This document shows, one piece after another, positions 24,318-25,204 of a stretch of 25,204 bases of DNA (position 1 is its first letter; every line of letters starts with the position of its first letter). A program made the translations under genes and the position numbers. Origin of the DNA: an uncultured Eubacteriales bacterium (GTDB taxonomy: Bacteria; Bacillota; Clostridia; Oscillospirales; Acutalibacteraceae); contig CAYJIV010000003.1 of NCBI GenBank assembly GCA_964370325.1, forward strand, positions 4,334 to 29,537, given 5' to 3'. Under the pieces are notes generated by a model that worked only from the letters and a program-made list of their open reading frames with translations, had not been told where the DNA came from and did not search any database.

Positions 24318-25204
24318 TTACATCATGTTTTTACGTTTGAGTGCGAACCATGCGGCAAACATTCCCGCGCCTGAAAGTGCAAACGGAAACCACCAACTTC
24401 CTATAACAGGGATGCTTCCATCAATAACATTAAGGAAGCCAATGTTATTCATGCCGTAAATTGCCCCAATTATATCTGGTATTGAAAGTATGATTGTTAT
24501 CGATGCTAAAATTTTCATTATTATATTCAGATTGTTAGATATAATTGAAGAATATGCGTTCATTGTACCTGACAATATACTAAGGTAAATTTCAGACATC
24601 TCAGTTGCTTGCTGAATTTCTATTGAGAGGTCTTCCAAAACATCTTGATTTTCGTTCTCGAGTTTTATGTACTTACCTCTTGTTATTTTTGCTAGCATTG
24701 TTTTGATTGATTTGAGTGATGCGGAGAAATAAACAAGTGATTTTTCAATTTCCAATAATTGCACTAATTCTTTGTTTTTCATGGATTTTTTGAGTTCTTC
24801 TTCAACGTGCCCTGTGATTTTGTCTATTTGTTTTAGGTATTGAAGATATTTACTTGCAGCCCGAAGCATTATGTGCAAAATAAATTGAATTTTTTGTTCT
24901 GGTTTGGCTTTGCGCATTAAACCTTCAGAAAATTCTTCTATAATTGAATTTTCTTTCAGGGAGATTGTGATTACATTTTTTGGAGTAATTATTATACTTA
25001 AAGGCCTTGTGGAGTAAGTTAAATGTTTACCTGTTTTGTTTACAACCGGTGTGTCGATGATGATAAGTGTTGAATCTTCTTCTTGTTCTATGTGGGATGT
25101 TTCTTCTTCATCTAGAGAGGCTTTAACGAAATCAGGTTCAATATCAAATTCAGATAATAAATAATTGACCTCGTCATCGTCTGGCGTTATGCAGTTAATC
25201 CAGC
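24318..25204 (-). CDS. corA: CorA family Mg2+/Co2+ transporter (5'-truncated at window edge)
   Basis: The frame stays open from 24917 to the window end (WINCITPDDDEV...SLDEEETSHIE). C-terminal SIISNNLN..MK.L and YGMN signature with two TM helices. Confidence 0.93.
   Translation of the reverse strand, partial: WINCITPDDDEVNYLLSEFDIEPDFVKASLDEEETSHIEQEEDSTLIIIDTPVVNKTGKHLTYSTRPLSIIITPKNVITISLKENSIIEEFSEGLMRKAKPEQKIQFILHIMLRAASKYLQYLKQIDKITGHVEEELKKSMKNKELVQLLEIEKSLVYFSASLKSIKTMLAKITRGKYIKLENENQDVLEDLSIEIQQATEMSEIYLSILSGTMNAYSSIISNNLNIIMKILASITIILSIPDIIGAIYGMNNIGFLNVIDGSIPVIGSWWFPFALSGAGMFAAWFALKRKNMM

Noticed and set aside
24918..25204. Apparent non-coding region or truncated corA pseudogene upstream of the 199-aa ORF
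   Set aside because: Manual translation shows the frame is open to the window edge with CorA N-terminal sequence. The short ORF is an edge artefact.

Overview
Low-GC, densely packed chromosomal segment of a Clostridia-type bacterium; the protein families and gene order suggest Oscillospirales/Ruminococcaceae-like, which is an inference. It is mostly housekeeping, left to right: 5'-truncated murD; SRP RNA-dnaX-ebfC-recR (minus); a YhaO/YhaN (SbcD/SbcC-like) pair; a long minus-strand run ruvC-ruvA-ruvB-glmM-ecfA1-ecfA2-ecfT-truA-membrane beta-propeller protein; an ABC exporter, rsmA, a dCache-HAMP-PP2C sensor phosphatase, ispH and a double-glycine-leader peptide (plus); an M24 peptidase; a ThiT-like S component; and a 5'-truncated corA. 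The most unusual element lies between murD and recR. It is two tandem, self-contained cassettes, each with a sigma-A promoter, an identical bipartite TAAGCTTTTAA-N18-TTAAAAAAGCAA leader motif, a strong RBS and a homologous terminator. They encode small paralogous membrane proteins that share a TM helix plus a TYxRSKxSTTPT[WY]NPLKV motif but have unrelated C-termini. No CRISPR array, tRNA, rRNA, integrase or transposase was seen.
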